The position numbers and the translations under genes were made by a program. The notes beneath the pieces were generated by a model. The model saw nothing but the letters and a program-made list of their open reading frames with translations. It ran no database searches and was not told the DNA's origin. From Candidatus Bathyarchaeota archaeon (lineage in GTDB: Archaea > Thermoproteota > Bathyarchaeia > Bathyarchaeales > Bathycorpusculaceae), in the NCBI GenBank assembly GCA_963827165.1, contig CAWGZR010000003.1:64001-128000 (forward strand): a stretch of DNA of 64,000 nucleotides. Direction: 5' to 3'. Positions 10,146-19,187 of the stretch are shown here, one piece after another. How positions within the stretch are numbered: the first letter of the stretch is position 1; each line of letters begins with the position of its first letter.

Positions 10146-10580
10146 TCATTTGAGATCACTTAGACGCGCGGCAGCCGCAAGTTTTTTCATCTTAGTTCTT
10201 CTGCCGAACATGTTCCTAACTTGCTCTTCTGTCATCGCAACCACGATAGTCGTCGGTTTACCTTCCCAACTACTGTCAACTTCCAGCAACTGAATTTCCT
10301 GCGTCAATTCATTGGTAATGATGCTGAACTCCGCGACGCTAAGTTCACCCATAAGAAAAGTCACTGGAAAGTCCTCCGAGATATCCTCGACAAACACCTT
10401 CTTTCCGGTCTTCTTGTTTCTGAAAGAGTCCATCTCCATTTCCTCATCGGTTCCTTGGAACTCCCAACTTTCGCTCGTCAGGAACTCGCGAACTCTGGAA
10501 TGGGTCACCGCTATTTTGAACACGTTTTCTGCTTTCAAGACCAACGCCTCTCCCAATCTCTTATTGCATACTTTAACCAA
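10146..10580 (-). CDS. Hypothetical protein
   Basis: 144-aa ORF with protein-like composition; family not recognised. Confidence 0.55.
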   Translation of the reverse strand: MVKVCNKRLGEALVLKAENVFKIAVTHSRVREFLTSESWEFQGTDEEMEMDSFRNKKTGKKVFVEDISEDFPVTFLMGELSVAEFSIITNELTQEIQLLEVDSSWEGKPTTIVVAMTEEQVRNMFGRRTKMKKLAAAARLSDLK

Positions 10581-10746
10581 ATAATAATATGTCGCTTGTA
10601 TCGTACGCGGACGCTATTCTAACCTATCAAGGCTTATGAGGCTCGTACATTAAACCAAAGGCTGCTGGGTTTGCATCGATTATTTCATGGGTTTTTCGGT
10701 CCATGACAATGATTCTTGAATGAACTGAATTTAGAAGCGTTTCAAA

Positions 10747-12354
10747 CTATGTCTTGTTGTTCTCAAGTTCTTTTTCTGCTTCTTTGCAGTCAATTATTTC
10801 GCGGATTGCGGTTACTCTTGCTGGACGATCTTTGAAGGTTATGCACCTAGCTCGTACTTCAACCGGAAAAACGGAACCATCTTTTCTCTTCGCTAAATGC
10901 TCGTAAGGTCCTTCGACCATTTTCTTCATGTTAGCCATTACGAGATTCAACGATTCTGGAGCGACAAAATCGGATACACTTGCCCCGACAAGTTCGTTTT
11001 CTTCGTATCTGACCATCTTCGCAAATTGCTCATTGACGTCTAAGATCTTGCCTTCCTGGCTGATCACGATTCCTTCAAAAGTGGCAGAGGATAAGCTGCG
11101 ATAACGTTCCTGACTTTCCATCAAAGCATCTTCAGCTTTTTTTCGCTCTGTTATGTCTATGACTGATCCTTCCAAGATGCCTTTTTCTGGACAAATGTTA
11201 ATCGAACCAGTGCAAGCTTTTATCTCGCCTTGCTTGTTTAACAACTTGCATTCAAAGCCGTTTATCCGGCCATTGATTTGAAGCAAGCGAAGCATTTCTT
11301 GCCTTTCAAGAGGGTCAGCCCAATGAATTATTGATGGGTTACCTTTCACCTCTTCTTGGGACCGGTTGAAAATTTTGAGAAACTTTTCGTTGCATTCAAG
11401 GATTTCGGATCCATCGATCTTTGTTCTGAACATTCCAGCTTCAGCGTTGTCGAAAATGCTTCGATATTTTGATTCGCTTTCAACCAGTTTTATTTCGATG
11501 TTTTTACGCTGCGTAATGTCCAGAAAGACGCCTTGTACAACTCGCTGACCGTTGTACTCTATGAGACTGCTACAAACCTCAAGCCAAGTCATTGAGCCAT
11601 CCTTTCGTATTCCTTTAAATTCATACGCTGCTTCCTCTTGTTTTTCTCCTGCCAATCGTTGGCTTAACCGTTTCAGGAAATTTTCTCTATCATCTGGATG
11701 AATCAGCTTCGCAATTTCAGCGGGCGAAAAAGCAAATAGTTCCTGACTTGAAAAACCTGTCATTTTTTCCATTGCGAAGTTGGCGAAGACAATGCGTGGC
11801 GGAGGCCCCTGAACAATAATTACTCCTTGAACCATGTCTTCTATAAGTCTACGATATTTCCGTTCAGAATCAGCAAGCAGTTTTTTCGATCGCCTGCGAT
11901 CTAATGTTTTGTAAAGAGCGTCTGATAATTCGCCATAAACCGTTTCTGGGCAGCCTTGCTTATTGATGTAGGCATCTGCCCCGAGGTTTAGGGCTTTTAT
12001 CGCTACCTCCTCTCTTCCTTTTCCAGTGAATAGTATAAAGGGAATTTCGTTTTTGCTTTCCCTTAGTTCTTTCAAGAATTCTAGTCCATTTTTCTGAGGC
12101 ATTTCATAATCGGAAACAATCACGTCATAATAGCATGCTTCAAGTTTCCTCAATGCTTCTTGGACGCAGACGGCGTGATCAATTTCGAAATTGCCAATGT
12201 CTATTAAAATCTGCTTCGAAATTTCTAGAATTGAGGTGTCATCGTCAACATGCAAAATATGGATGCGATCAGTCAAACTTGAAGAACCCAAATGTGTCAA
12301 ATTCACGTTAATTTGTTGCTGCTGATTTGTAGTTTGCAATAGCGTGGCTTCCAA
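10747..12354 (-). CDS. Receiver domain plus three PAS domains, no kinase domain (possibly truncated)
   Basis: ILHVDDD, VSDYEMP..NG, FTGKG, YINK; PAS repeats ending DITQRK / DITERK / EIIDCK. Confidence 0.85.
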   Translation of the reverse strand: MEATLLQTTNQQQQINVNLTHLGSSSLTDRIHILHVDDDTSILEISKQILIDIGNFEIDHAVCVQEALRKLEACYYDVIVSDYEMPQKNGLEFLKELRESKNEIPFILFTGKGREEVAIKALNLGADAYINKQGCPETVYGELSDALYKTLDRRRSKKLLADSERKYRRLIEDMVQGVIIVQGPPPRIVFANFAMEKMTGFSSQELFAFSPAEIAKLIHPDDRENFLKRLSQRLAGEKQEEAAYEFKGIRKDGSMTWLEVCSSLIEYNGQRVVQGVFLDITQRKNIEIKLVESESKYRSIFDNAEAGMFRTKIDGSEILECNEKFLKIFNRSQEEVKGNPSIIHWADPLERQEMLRLLQINGRINGFECKLLNKQGEIKACTGSINICPEKGILEGSVIDITERKKAEDALMESQERYRSLSSATFEGIVISQEGKILDVNEQFAKMVRYEENELVGASVSDFVAPESLNLVMANMKKMVEGPYEHLAKRKDGSVFPVEVRARCITFKDRPARVTAIREIIDCKEAEKELENNKT

Positions 12355-12692
12355 TCTAACGAAATCTGAATGGATTAATTATAAAGATATTATGAATCGA
12401 AAATACTTAGTAGGAATTTCTTGACAAATATGCGTTTAATCAAGGTTGTACCCATGATAACCCTCATTCGATCTGAAGGCTAATAGGCTTCTTTTGATAA
12501 ATGTAAAATATTCATTACGGGGTTCGTTAGGTCAGTGGTTTTATGGAATGGTCCGGCTTAAAGGGATTGTTTGTGTAGCTTTGAAATTGCGGAAGACCTC
12601 ACGGCATGTCATCGCGATATTTGAGGAGAGGGTTCATCCATAGCGAAGCCGTGATTGCTTTTGAGCTCTAAGAGAGACTAAGAATGCACATT

Positions 12693-13457
12693 TCAAAACT
12701 TGCCGTTTGAATTCTTCCATTCTTCACGTGGAGGAATTGGTTGCATGGTATCCCAATGTTCAGCGATTTTGCCATTTTGTATTCTGTATAAGTCATAATA
12801 CGAGGATGGCTTGTCGCCGAAGGTACCTTCCGAAACGACGAGTACAAAATTTCCTTCTCCTAAAATTTTATGAACCTTAGTGAACTTCACAGCTAACCCC
12901 TGCGATGCCAAAGCCTCCAATCCGGCTAACAACCCCGTAAGATTATCAGCAACTGATGGATTATGTTGTATGTACTTATCTCCATCAAAATAGTTCGTGA
13001 ACTTCTCCTTGCGCCAATTGAGTAGGTTATCCGTAAAACTTTGTATAAGTGCTTTGTTCGCTTCTGTTTTGTCAATGTCCGAAACGTCGGTTGGTCCGTC
13101 TGTCATGGTGTGTCCGCTGGGGCTTGGTTTTGCAGCTTTCGGCTGAAAATTGTCCCAGTGCTCCACAATTTTTTCATCTTCAAAACGGAAGATATCAAAG
13201 CCTACTAAAGAAACATTTGGGACGCTGAACTCTGAGTGCACAAATACAAAATTTTCATCTTGAAACGCACGTATTGGATTGACTTTAAACGAAATTTTCT
13301 TGTTAATCGCTCTGCGCTCAATTAATCCTTCAATGCCATCTTTCAATGTTAGATTGTGCTGAGTGTAATTGTGGGGGTTTATGTACGAAAGCGGTGCGTC
13401 TTCACCTGTTTCGCCGCTCTTTAATAGTTCCAGCGCCTCTTGTTTGTAATTGTTCAT
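12693..13457 (-). CDS. Tandem SnoaL/NTF2-like domain protein
   Basis: Two repeats of Y.QHN...DIFRFE..KI.EHWD. Confidence 0.85.
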   Translation of the reverse strand: MNNYKQEALELLKSGETGEDAPLSYINPHNYTQHNLTLKDGIEGLIERRAINKKISFKVNPIRAFQDENFVFVHSEFSVPNVSLVGFDIFRFEDEKIVEHWDNFQPKAAKPSPSGHTMTDGPTDVSDIDKTEANKALIQSFTDNLLNWRKEKFTNYFDGDKYIQHNPSVADNLTGLLAGLEALASQGLAVKFTKVHKILGEGNFVLVVSEGTFGDKPSSYYDLYRIQNGKIAEHWDTMQPIPPREEWKNSNGKF

Positions 13458-13772
13458 ATTTTGTGGTACGGATTTGTGGTTCTTATTTCTTTGTGATAGC
13501 TGTAATGCACCAACAAACTACTCGTTTAATCTGCTGATTCAATCTAAGCGATTATTCATGTTGCGTGTCGATTATATTCCACCTCTCGGGTCACTGCCTG
13601 CAACAGACATACATTTCCCACACGCCATCCTGCGAAGTCACGAAAAATTTGAAGAACTATCCGTCTGACCCTAAAATTCAAAATGTATTTTGAAGCAACC
13701 TCGCTCAGTTAACCTTTTGTAAATGGTTTTTAAGGTTGATAACGATTATTTTTAGTGAGAGTGTTGGTGTTT

Positions 13773-13916
13773 TTGTCTAAAAGAGTTATTTCAAAAACAG
13801 AAAAGACTAAAGAAGGCAAGTTTCGATGCGATTTAGATGGGCAGCTTTTTGATACAAAAGCGGATTTAGATAGACATTTCCGTACAGTCCACATCGCAGA
13901 GGAAGGACTGCTGTAG
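13773..13916 (+). CDS. Small C2H2-like zinc-finger protein (C-x2-D variant), 47 aa
   Basis: Manual translation MSKRVISKTEKTKEGKFRCDLDGQLFDTKADLDRHFRTVHIAEEGLL; GGTG just upstream of TTG. Confidence 0.7.
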   Translation: MSKRVISKTEKTKEGKFRCDLDGQLFDTKADLDRHFRTVHIAEEGLL

Positions 13917-14225
13917 AGTTCTAGAACGGACTAATCTAAACTTTTTAGGCATCAATATAGCGTCATCTAGCATCCAGTGCGTACCTTCGAAACGTAACAC
14001 AAAACACAAAAAAATGACACAAAAAACCTCAACGCTGAGCACAGCTTATATACAAAACAGCGGTAGCCTGCAGTCCGTCTGTTGAAGCGTCACGTAAATC
14101 AAGCAGCCGGCTGGACAGATTCTTTAAAGCGAAGTTTAAATATGAGTTGTGGTCAACCTCGAAGTTTAACCTTATAACTCAATCACTCTTTTATTGCTGG
14201 TTTTTCTAGGACAGACAATAGTGAG

Positions 14226-14885
14226 TTGACTAATTTGGGTAACCGTTTCATTGATAGGTGGAAAAAGAAAGAAGAGCAGCCGTCGCTTGTATCGAAAGTC
14301 AAAAACGTTGTTAAACCACAGGAAAATCTCAAGGCACAAATCACTCTGGTGATTCAACGCATAGACGTTCAAACAAGAACGTTGGACAGCGCGGTGCAAC
14401 GTTTTCAAAACCGCGACGCTGACATCTTCGGTCGCGTCGTGAAAGCTTTTTCAGAACGAGATGAGGCACGAGCTCACATTCTTGCAACAGAACTCTCTGA
14501 GATACGTAAAATCGAAAAGATGCTAACAACCGCCTCATTAGCAATGCAAAGCGTATCCATGCGTCTCAACACAGTTCAAGAAATGGGCGACATCGTATCA
14601 GTTCTAAGCCCCGCCAAAAATGTTATAAACAGCATTCGTTCGGGAATGTGCGATATCATGCCTGAAGCAAGCGCAGAACTTGGAAACATCGGAAATCTTC
14701 TGGGCGACATAGTTGGCTCAACATGCCAAACCGCAGACATACAACTTAATACCGCCAGGATAGATCCTGAGACAGAAGCAATCCTGAAAGAAGCAGAAGT
14801 AGCCACAGAAAGAAAACTCAAACAACAACTACCTGAAGTAGCCCCTGACTACACAGGAAAACGACTAAGCAGCATAGAAGCCTAG
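14226..14885 (+). CDS. ESCRT-III / Snf7 family protein (CdvB paralog)
   Basis: Helical protein with RA.ILA.ELSEIRK..KM.....LA...V..RL.TV.EMGD.V..LSPA...I, MPEA..ELG.I, C-terminal A.ILKEA...E.KLK..LPE. Confidence 0.85.
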   Translation: MTNLGNRFIDRWKKKEEQPSLVSKVKNVVKPQENLKAQITLVIQRIDVQTRTLDSAVQRFQNRDADIFGRVVKAFSERDEARAHILATELSEIRKIEKMLTTASLAMQSVSMRLNTVQEMGDIVSVLSPAKNVINSIRSGMCDIMPEASAELGNIGNLLGDIVGSTCQTADIQLNTARIDPETEAILKEAEVATERKLKQQLPEVAPDYTGKRLSSIEA

Positions 14886-14933
14886 CAGCTTCTTCCCTAC
14901 TCATCCCTTTTTTGGACAAACAAAAAATAGATT

Positions 14934-15263
14934 TTAAGCTATTCTTACTATAGCCCTTTTCCTAGTGTCATTCATCTTGCTCGTCATTTCTTGAAAAACC
15001 GAATAGTTCTCTTCCATCGGCTGAGACAGGAAATAAACCGTGGAATAATGCGTTCCTACGGGGATGATCAGCTTGTTTTTCTCAAGAATTGTTAAATGAT
15101 GGCGAATTGTTTTGTAATCGACTTTGAGCTGTGTGGCCAGTTGGTTTGCGTTTCGAGGGTTGCTTTTCACGCTTTTGATTATTTTAGCGCGTGTCTTTCC
15201 TCCTTTTGTTCCGATGATTAACCATCCGAGTAGCTGTTTGAGGGGTTGACCGTTGGTTATCAT
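14934..15263 (-). CDS. Winged-helix (ArsR-like) transcriptional regulator
   Basis: WLI.GTKGGKTRAKII, NANQLA..L.VDYKTIRHHL.ILEKN. Confidence 0.85.
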   Translation of the reverse strand: MITNGQPLKQLLGWLIIGTKGGKTRAKIIKSVKSNPRNANQLATQLKVDYKTIRHHLTILEKNKLIIPVGTHYSTVYFLSQPMEENYSVFQEMTSKMNDTRKRAIVRIA

Positions 15264-15305
15264 GTGGGTTTACCTTTTTGTCCTTGCTATCTACATATCA
15301 CACTG

Positions 15306-15324
15306 CTACTATTTAAGGTAGTAG
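15306..15324. promoter_or_regulatory. Putative BlaI operator (upstream of wHTH gene)
   Basis: CTACTA-tttaagg-TAGTAG perfect palindrome. Confidence 0.7.
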
Positions 15325-15416
15325 CTGCTATTTTAAATGATAGCATGTGCACGGCGGCGATGGTCTTGGTTAGTTGGAAGTTGGGTGTCATCTGGAATAG
15401 CGTTTAAATGTGGTTG

Positions 15417-15435
15417 CTACTACCATTGATAGTAA
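15417..15435. promoter_or_regulatory. Putative BlaI operator (htrA promoter)
   Basis: CTACTA-ccattga-TAGTAA, just downstream of TATA-like TTTAAAT (15403-15409). Confidence 0.7.
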
Positions 15436-15507
15436 CAACTATTTGTGTGAGGAGGAAACAAAACGTTACCCATACCCAAAAAACCAAAAAGGACTAAACT
15501 TGCTATT

Positions 15508-16665
15508 ATGATCGCAACAATGTTCATCATAGCAACTTTAGTCGCAGGAGTGGCCGGCTACGCAATAGGACACCCAGCCACTAATAGCCCAATTCAACCC
15601 ACCGCATCCACAACCGGATCAATCCAAACAGGTGATAACGCATTAACTGACAATACTTCGCTTCCAATTATTTATCAGGAAGTTGCGCCCTCAGTTGTGG
15701 TTGTCCAAGACTTTCAACCAGAGACAAGCATCTTCAATCAAGTTGTTTACACTCAGGTTCAAGGTTCAGGTTTCACCTACAGCCTGAACGGTCAAGATGT
15801 CATAGTCACAAATTACCATGTAGTGGATGATGCCGTTAACGTGACCGTTACCTTCCAAGATGGAAGTTCGTACACTGCAAAGGTGCTTGGCTCAGACCCT
15901 TATTCGGACCTAGCGGTACTTTCAACAACTGCACCTCAAAGCGAGCTTGTGCCTCTGACAATAGCCAGCTCATCAACCTTGCAGGTTGGAGAACAAGTAG
16001 TAGCAATTGGAAGCCCCTACGGATTAACTGGCTCCATGACAACGGGGATAGTTAGTGCCCTTAACAGAACAATAACTGAAGAAACCACAGGGGGCTACGA
16101 CATCGCGGATGTAATTCAGACAAGCACGGCAATCAACCCTGGCAACTCAGGCGGACCACTACTCAACGACCAAGGTCAAGTCATAGGCATAACCACCGCT
16201 ATAGTAAGTAACTCAGACGGCTTAGGATTCGCCATTCCTTCAGACACGATCCTTAGAGAAATCACCGACTTGTTATCTACAGGAAGTTACAGCCAACACT
16301 CGTACCTGGGGATAAGCGGAGTAGACATGACCTACGACATCGCATCAGCAATGAAAACAAGTGTAACATACGGCGTCTTGATACAGCAGGTCACAAGCGG
16401 CGGACCAGCGGATAAAGCAGGAGTCAAAGTTGGCTCTACCCAAGCAACAATTGATGGCAACCAAATAACTTTAGGCGGCGACATTATCGTAGCAATTAAC
16501 GGAAACCGAGTTAGGACATCCGACGATTTGTCAAGTTACCTAGAAGAATACACATCGCCGGGGCAGACCGTCAGCTTGACAGTAATCAGGAACGGCCAGA
16601 ACACAAGCATTTCAGTCGTCTTAGGCACTAGGCCCGCTCCGTCTGTTGATGGAATGTCATCCTAA
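15508..16665 (+). CDS. Membrane-anchored HtrA/DegP serine protease (trypsin plus PDZ)
   Basis: VTNYHVV, SDLAVL, AINPGNSGGPL, C-terminal PDZ (GDIIVAING); start may extend to 15463. Confidence 0.93.
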   Translation: MIATMFIIATLVAGVAGYAIGHPATNSPIQPTASTTGSIQTGDNALTDNTSLPIIYQEVAPSVVVVQDFQPETSIFNQVVYTQVQGSGFTYSLNGQDVIVTNYHVVDDAVNVTVTFQDGSSYTAKVLGSDPYSDLAVLSTTAPQSELVPLTIASSSTLQVGEQVVAIGSPYGLTGSMTTGIVSALNRTITEETTGGYDIADVIQTSTAINPGNSGGPLLNDQGQVIGITTAIVSNSDGLGFAIPSDTILREITDLLSTGSYSQHSYLGISGVDMTYDIASAMKTSVTYGVLIQQVTSGGPADKAGVKVGSTQATIDGNQITLGGDIIVAINGNRVRTSDDLSSYLEEYTSPGQTVSLTVIRNGQNTSISVVLGTRPAPSVDGMSS

Positions 16666-16740
16666 ATGGGGTCGAGGTCCATTCCCCTTCTTTCTTTTGT
16701 TAATTGAGTTGATTGGTGTTTGTTGCGAAAGCTTAAAGAG

Positions 16741-16759
16741 CTACTAAGGTTGGTAGTAG
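16741..16759. promoter_or_regulatory. Putative BlaI auto-regulatory operator
   Basis: CTACTA-aggttgg-TAGTAG right after BRE/TATA-like GCGAAAGCTTAAAG. Confidence 0.75.
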
Positions 16760-16772
16760 TGTGGTTCACGCT

Positions 16773-17222
16773 ATGACAGAAGACAAAAAACCCGAGTTCT
16801 CACAATACAACATAGACGGCAAAGCACTAGAAGCATTCCTAGGGCCGCTAGAAGCCAACGTCATGGAATCAATCTGGGGTTGGAGGAAAACGCCCGTCAC
16901 AGTGAGAGAAATCTTTGAAGCACTCAAAAAAACCAGAGGCTTAGCCTATACGACCGTAATGTCTACTATGGATAGGTTGTTTGAGAAGCATCTTCTTGAC
17001 CGCAAAATAGAGAAGGGCAGAGGTGGACTCTTCTATGTTTATTGGCCAGCGCTTGAGAAGCAGTCCTTTCAAAAATCCGCTGTTCGCGAGGTTCTTTCAA
17101 GCCTTATTGACAATTTTGGCGAAGTGGTTGCTAACTGTTTAGTCGACGAAACAAGTTTAACCGAAGAAGAACGTACTGCCCTAAAAGATCAATTGAACAA
17201 GAACATATCTATGAAGAAGTAA
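16773..17222 (+). CDS. BlaI/MecI/CopY family repressor
   Basis: LGPLEA.VM..IW....PVTVREI....LAYTTVMSTMDRL..K.LL.R. Confidence 0.92.
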   Translation: MTEDKKPEFSQYNIDGKALEAFLGPLEANVMESIWGWRKTPVTVREIFEALKKTRGLAYTTVMSTMDRLFEKHLLDRKIEKGRGGLFYVYWPALEKQSFQKSAVREVLSSLIDNFGEVVANCLVDETSLTEEERTALKDQLNKNISMKK

Positions 17223-17241
17223 ATTTGGACGGTGCATTCGA

Positions 17242-18669
17242 ATGGGTTTTGAAGGCGTCCTGAACCAGATCTTTCAACCATATTTCTACTATTCAGTCAT
17301 ATTCCTCGTTGTTTCGTTTTTATGCGTCAAAATCCTAACTAAGTACTGCAGCTTTATTGGTCAAAGAACAAAAAGCCTCCTATACATTATCCCATTAGTA
17401 CTTCCTTTGGCCGTCATGCTTGCCGCTTTCCCATCGACAGCAATCCAAACGAGCTACCAGCAAATCAAGGCCATAACAGTAACCAGCACGGCATCTGTCG
17501 GTCCATTTCTTTTGCCTGCCACACACACATTATACATGCCGATCACTCTAACAAGCACCGTAATTTCGGTGACAGGGATAGTATGCTATATCGGGTTGAT
17601 TGCAGGCGCAGTATTTGCTTTCTCGATGGTTCTTGCCGATGATCGATTAGCCCGAAGAGTTCTACACGTGATCCTGCTGTCGCCTGAAGAGCATCCTTGG
17701 CTGCAGGTGAAGGTAGCTGAATCGTCCAAAAAATTAGCCATCGCCGCGCCCAAAATCGGAGTGGTTGAAGATTTGCGACCTAACGCGTTCACAATTGGGT
17801 ACGGTCGAAAAGCAACAATCGTTTTCTCAATCGGGCTACTTAACATATTGAGCAAAGATGAAGTCGTCGCTGTCGCTTCTCATGAGTTGGCACACGTTAA
17901 AAATAATGATTTCTTCTTCAAGGTCATATCTAATGCCCTGACAACTGTTTCGTTTTTCAACCCGCTCTCGTATATTTCGTCTTCATGTGCTCAGCGAGAG
18001 AGGGAGATGCTTGCCGATGAACGGGCAATTGAACTTCTTGAAAAACCTTCAACTTTAGGAGACGCTCTCGCAAAGATCTGCAAGGCGATCCAGAACCTGC
18101 CAAAAGAAAGCGTTCTAATCAATTTCTCGTCGAATCTTCTTGTCTCCTCTTCAGTTCTGCATAGAGTTGGAATACTTTCAACCCACCCGAGATTAGACAC
18201 GAGGCTTAGGCACATCTCTGCGCCTAAACCAAAAAGCAAACGCTGGAGCCGCTACAACATACATGTGACTCTTCTGCTTTCTCTTCTTTTGATTTTATCC
18301 GCCATCGTAGTGGGTTTGGCAATGGCTGATGTGCAATTGAATTTCACCGCGGATTTGAAAGCTGCGCGGTACGTCCCAAGTGTTCTTGGCAATGTCCAGG
18401 GCTTGGATTACCAGATGGGTTCAAGTAACGTCACGATGTTCCCAGACGTCTTTACTTCGCCTTTCAACGGATCTCAAACAGCGCATGTGTTGCTTTATAG
18501 TCCTATTCCGACAGAGAATACCTGCGACAGTTATTCATACATGGGTTATGCTGGTTTCAACGCGCAGCAAACTCCCGAGGGAGGGCTTGTAGTGGTACCT
18601 CCGCAGAGTTTTTCGTATGCTGAGATGCGGGCATCTGTTAGTCCACCTGGCGCTGTATGGATAGGGTAG
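17242..18669 (+). CDS. BlaR1-like / M56-M48 membrane zinc metallopeptidase
   Basis: PNAFTIG, HELAH, NPL......RERE..AD, THP....R; directly follows blaI; no recognisable penicillin-binding sensor domain. Confidence 0.88.
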   Translation: MGFEGVLNQIFQPYFYYSVIFLVVSFLCVKILTKYCSFIGQRTKSLLYIIPLVLPLAVMLAAFPSTAIQTSYQQIKAITVTSTASVGPFLLPATHTLYMPITLTSTVISVTGIVCYIGLIAGAVFAFSMVLADDRLARRVLHVILLSPEEHPWLQVKVAESSKKLAIAAPKIGVVEDLRPNAFTIGYGRKATIVFSIGLLNILSKDEVVAVASHELAHVKNNDFFFKVISNALTTVSFFNPLSYISSSCAQREREMLADERAIELLEKPSTLGDALAKICKAIQNLPKESVLINFSSNLLVSSSVLHRVGILSTHPRLDTRLRHISAPKPKSKRWSRYNIHVTLLLSLLLILSAIVVGLAMADVQLNFTADLKAARYVPSVLGNVQGLDYQMGSSNVTMFPDVFTSPFNGSQTAHVLLYSPIPTENTCDSYSYMGYAGFNAQQTPEGGLVVVPPQSFSYAEMRASVSPPGAVWIG

Positions 18670-18720
18670 ACCCTTCTGCTGCTAACCCTGAAAAGGAAAT
18701 AGAGTTCGCGTTTTCCACAA

Positions 18721-18855
18721 ATTTTTTTCTTTGTGTTTTAAGTTGGTTTTTTGCTTTGGGGCTTGGATTGGTCGCAACTGGTCTCTAAAAACATCTATAA
18801 ACATCTAAAAAGATCTAAAAACATCCATAAACGTCTAGAAACATCTAAGAACATC
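18721..18855 (+). repeat. Dispersed element copy A: T/G-rich leader plus ~7.5 x 10-bp tandem repeat (ACATCTAAAA)
   Basis: Units gtctctaaaa acatctataa acatctaaaa agatctaaaa acatccataa acgtctagaa acatctaaga acatc at 18781-18855. Confidence 0.85.
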
Positions 18856-18894
18856 GCATTGGGCGAATTTTAGTTACATGCTTCCGATAAGGAA

Positions 18895-19005
18895 AATTTT
18901 TTTGTCTGCATTTTTGGTTGCTTTTTTGGTTTGGGGCTTGGATCAGTTGTAAATTGCGGTTAGAAATGGTTGAGAATGGTTAAAGTCCAAAATAATCTAA
19001 AAAGC
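18895..19005 (+). repeat. Dispersed element copy B: same leader plus degenerate 10-bp units
   Basis: 18916-18955 matches 18741-18780 at 31/40; followed by gcggttagaa atggttgaga atggttaaag. Confidence 0.7.
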
Positions 19006-19187
19006 AATACCTGTCAACGGTAATAGAAAACAAAAAAGAAGCCCTAAGAGGTCCGGTTGATGAGACAACTTAAATCTTTGGAGCAGAAGATTCCTTTTGT
19101 CTTTGATTTACTGCCGGTTAAGGCTTTCATTGCCTGCAGAGCGTTAATTGAAAAGATGCCGTTGCCCTTCAAATCCCGCTTGATTTT

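Noticed and set aside
14070-14120. Imperfect hairpin between two TATA-like boxes upstream of the ESCRT-III gene
   Set aside because: Needs several bulges and is single copy; not distinguishable from chance without comparative data.
18781-18855. CRISPR array interpretation of the tandem repeats
   Set aside because: Units are 10 bp and contiguous, with no unique spacers and no cas genes.
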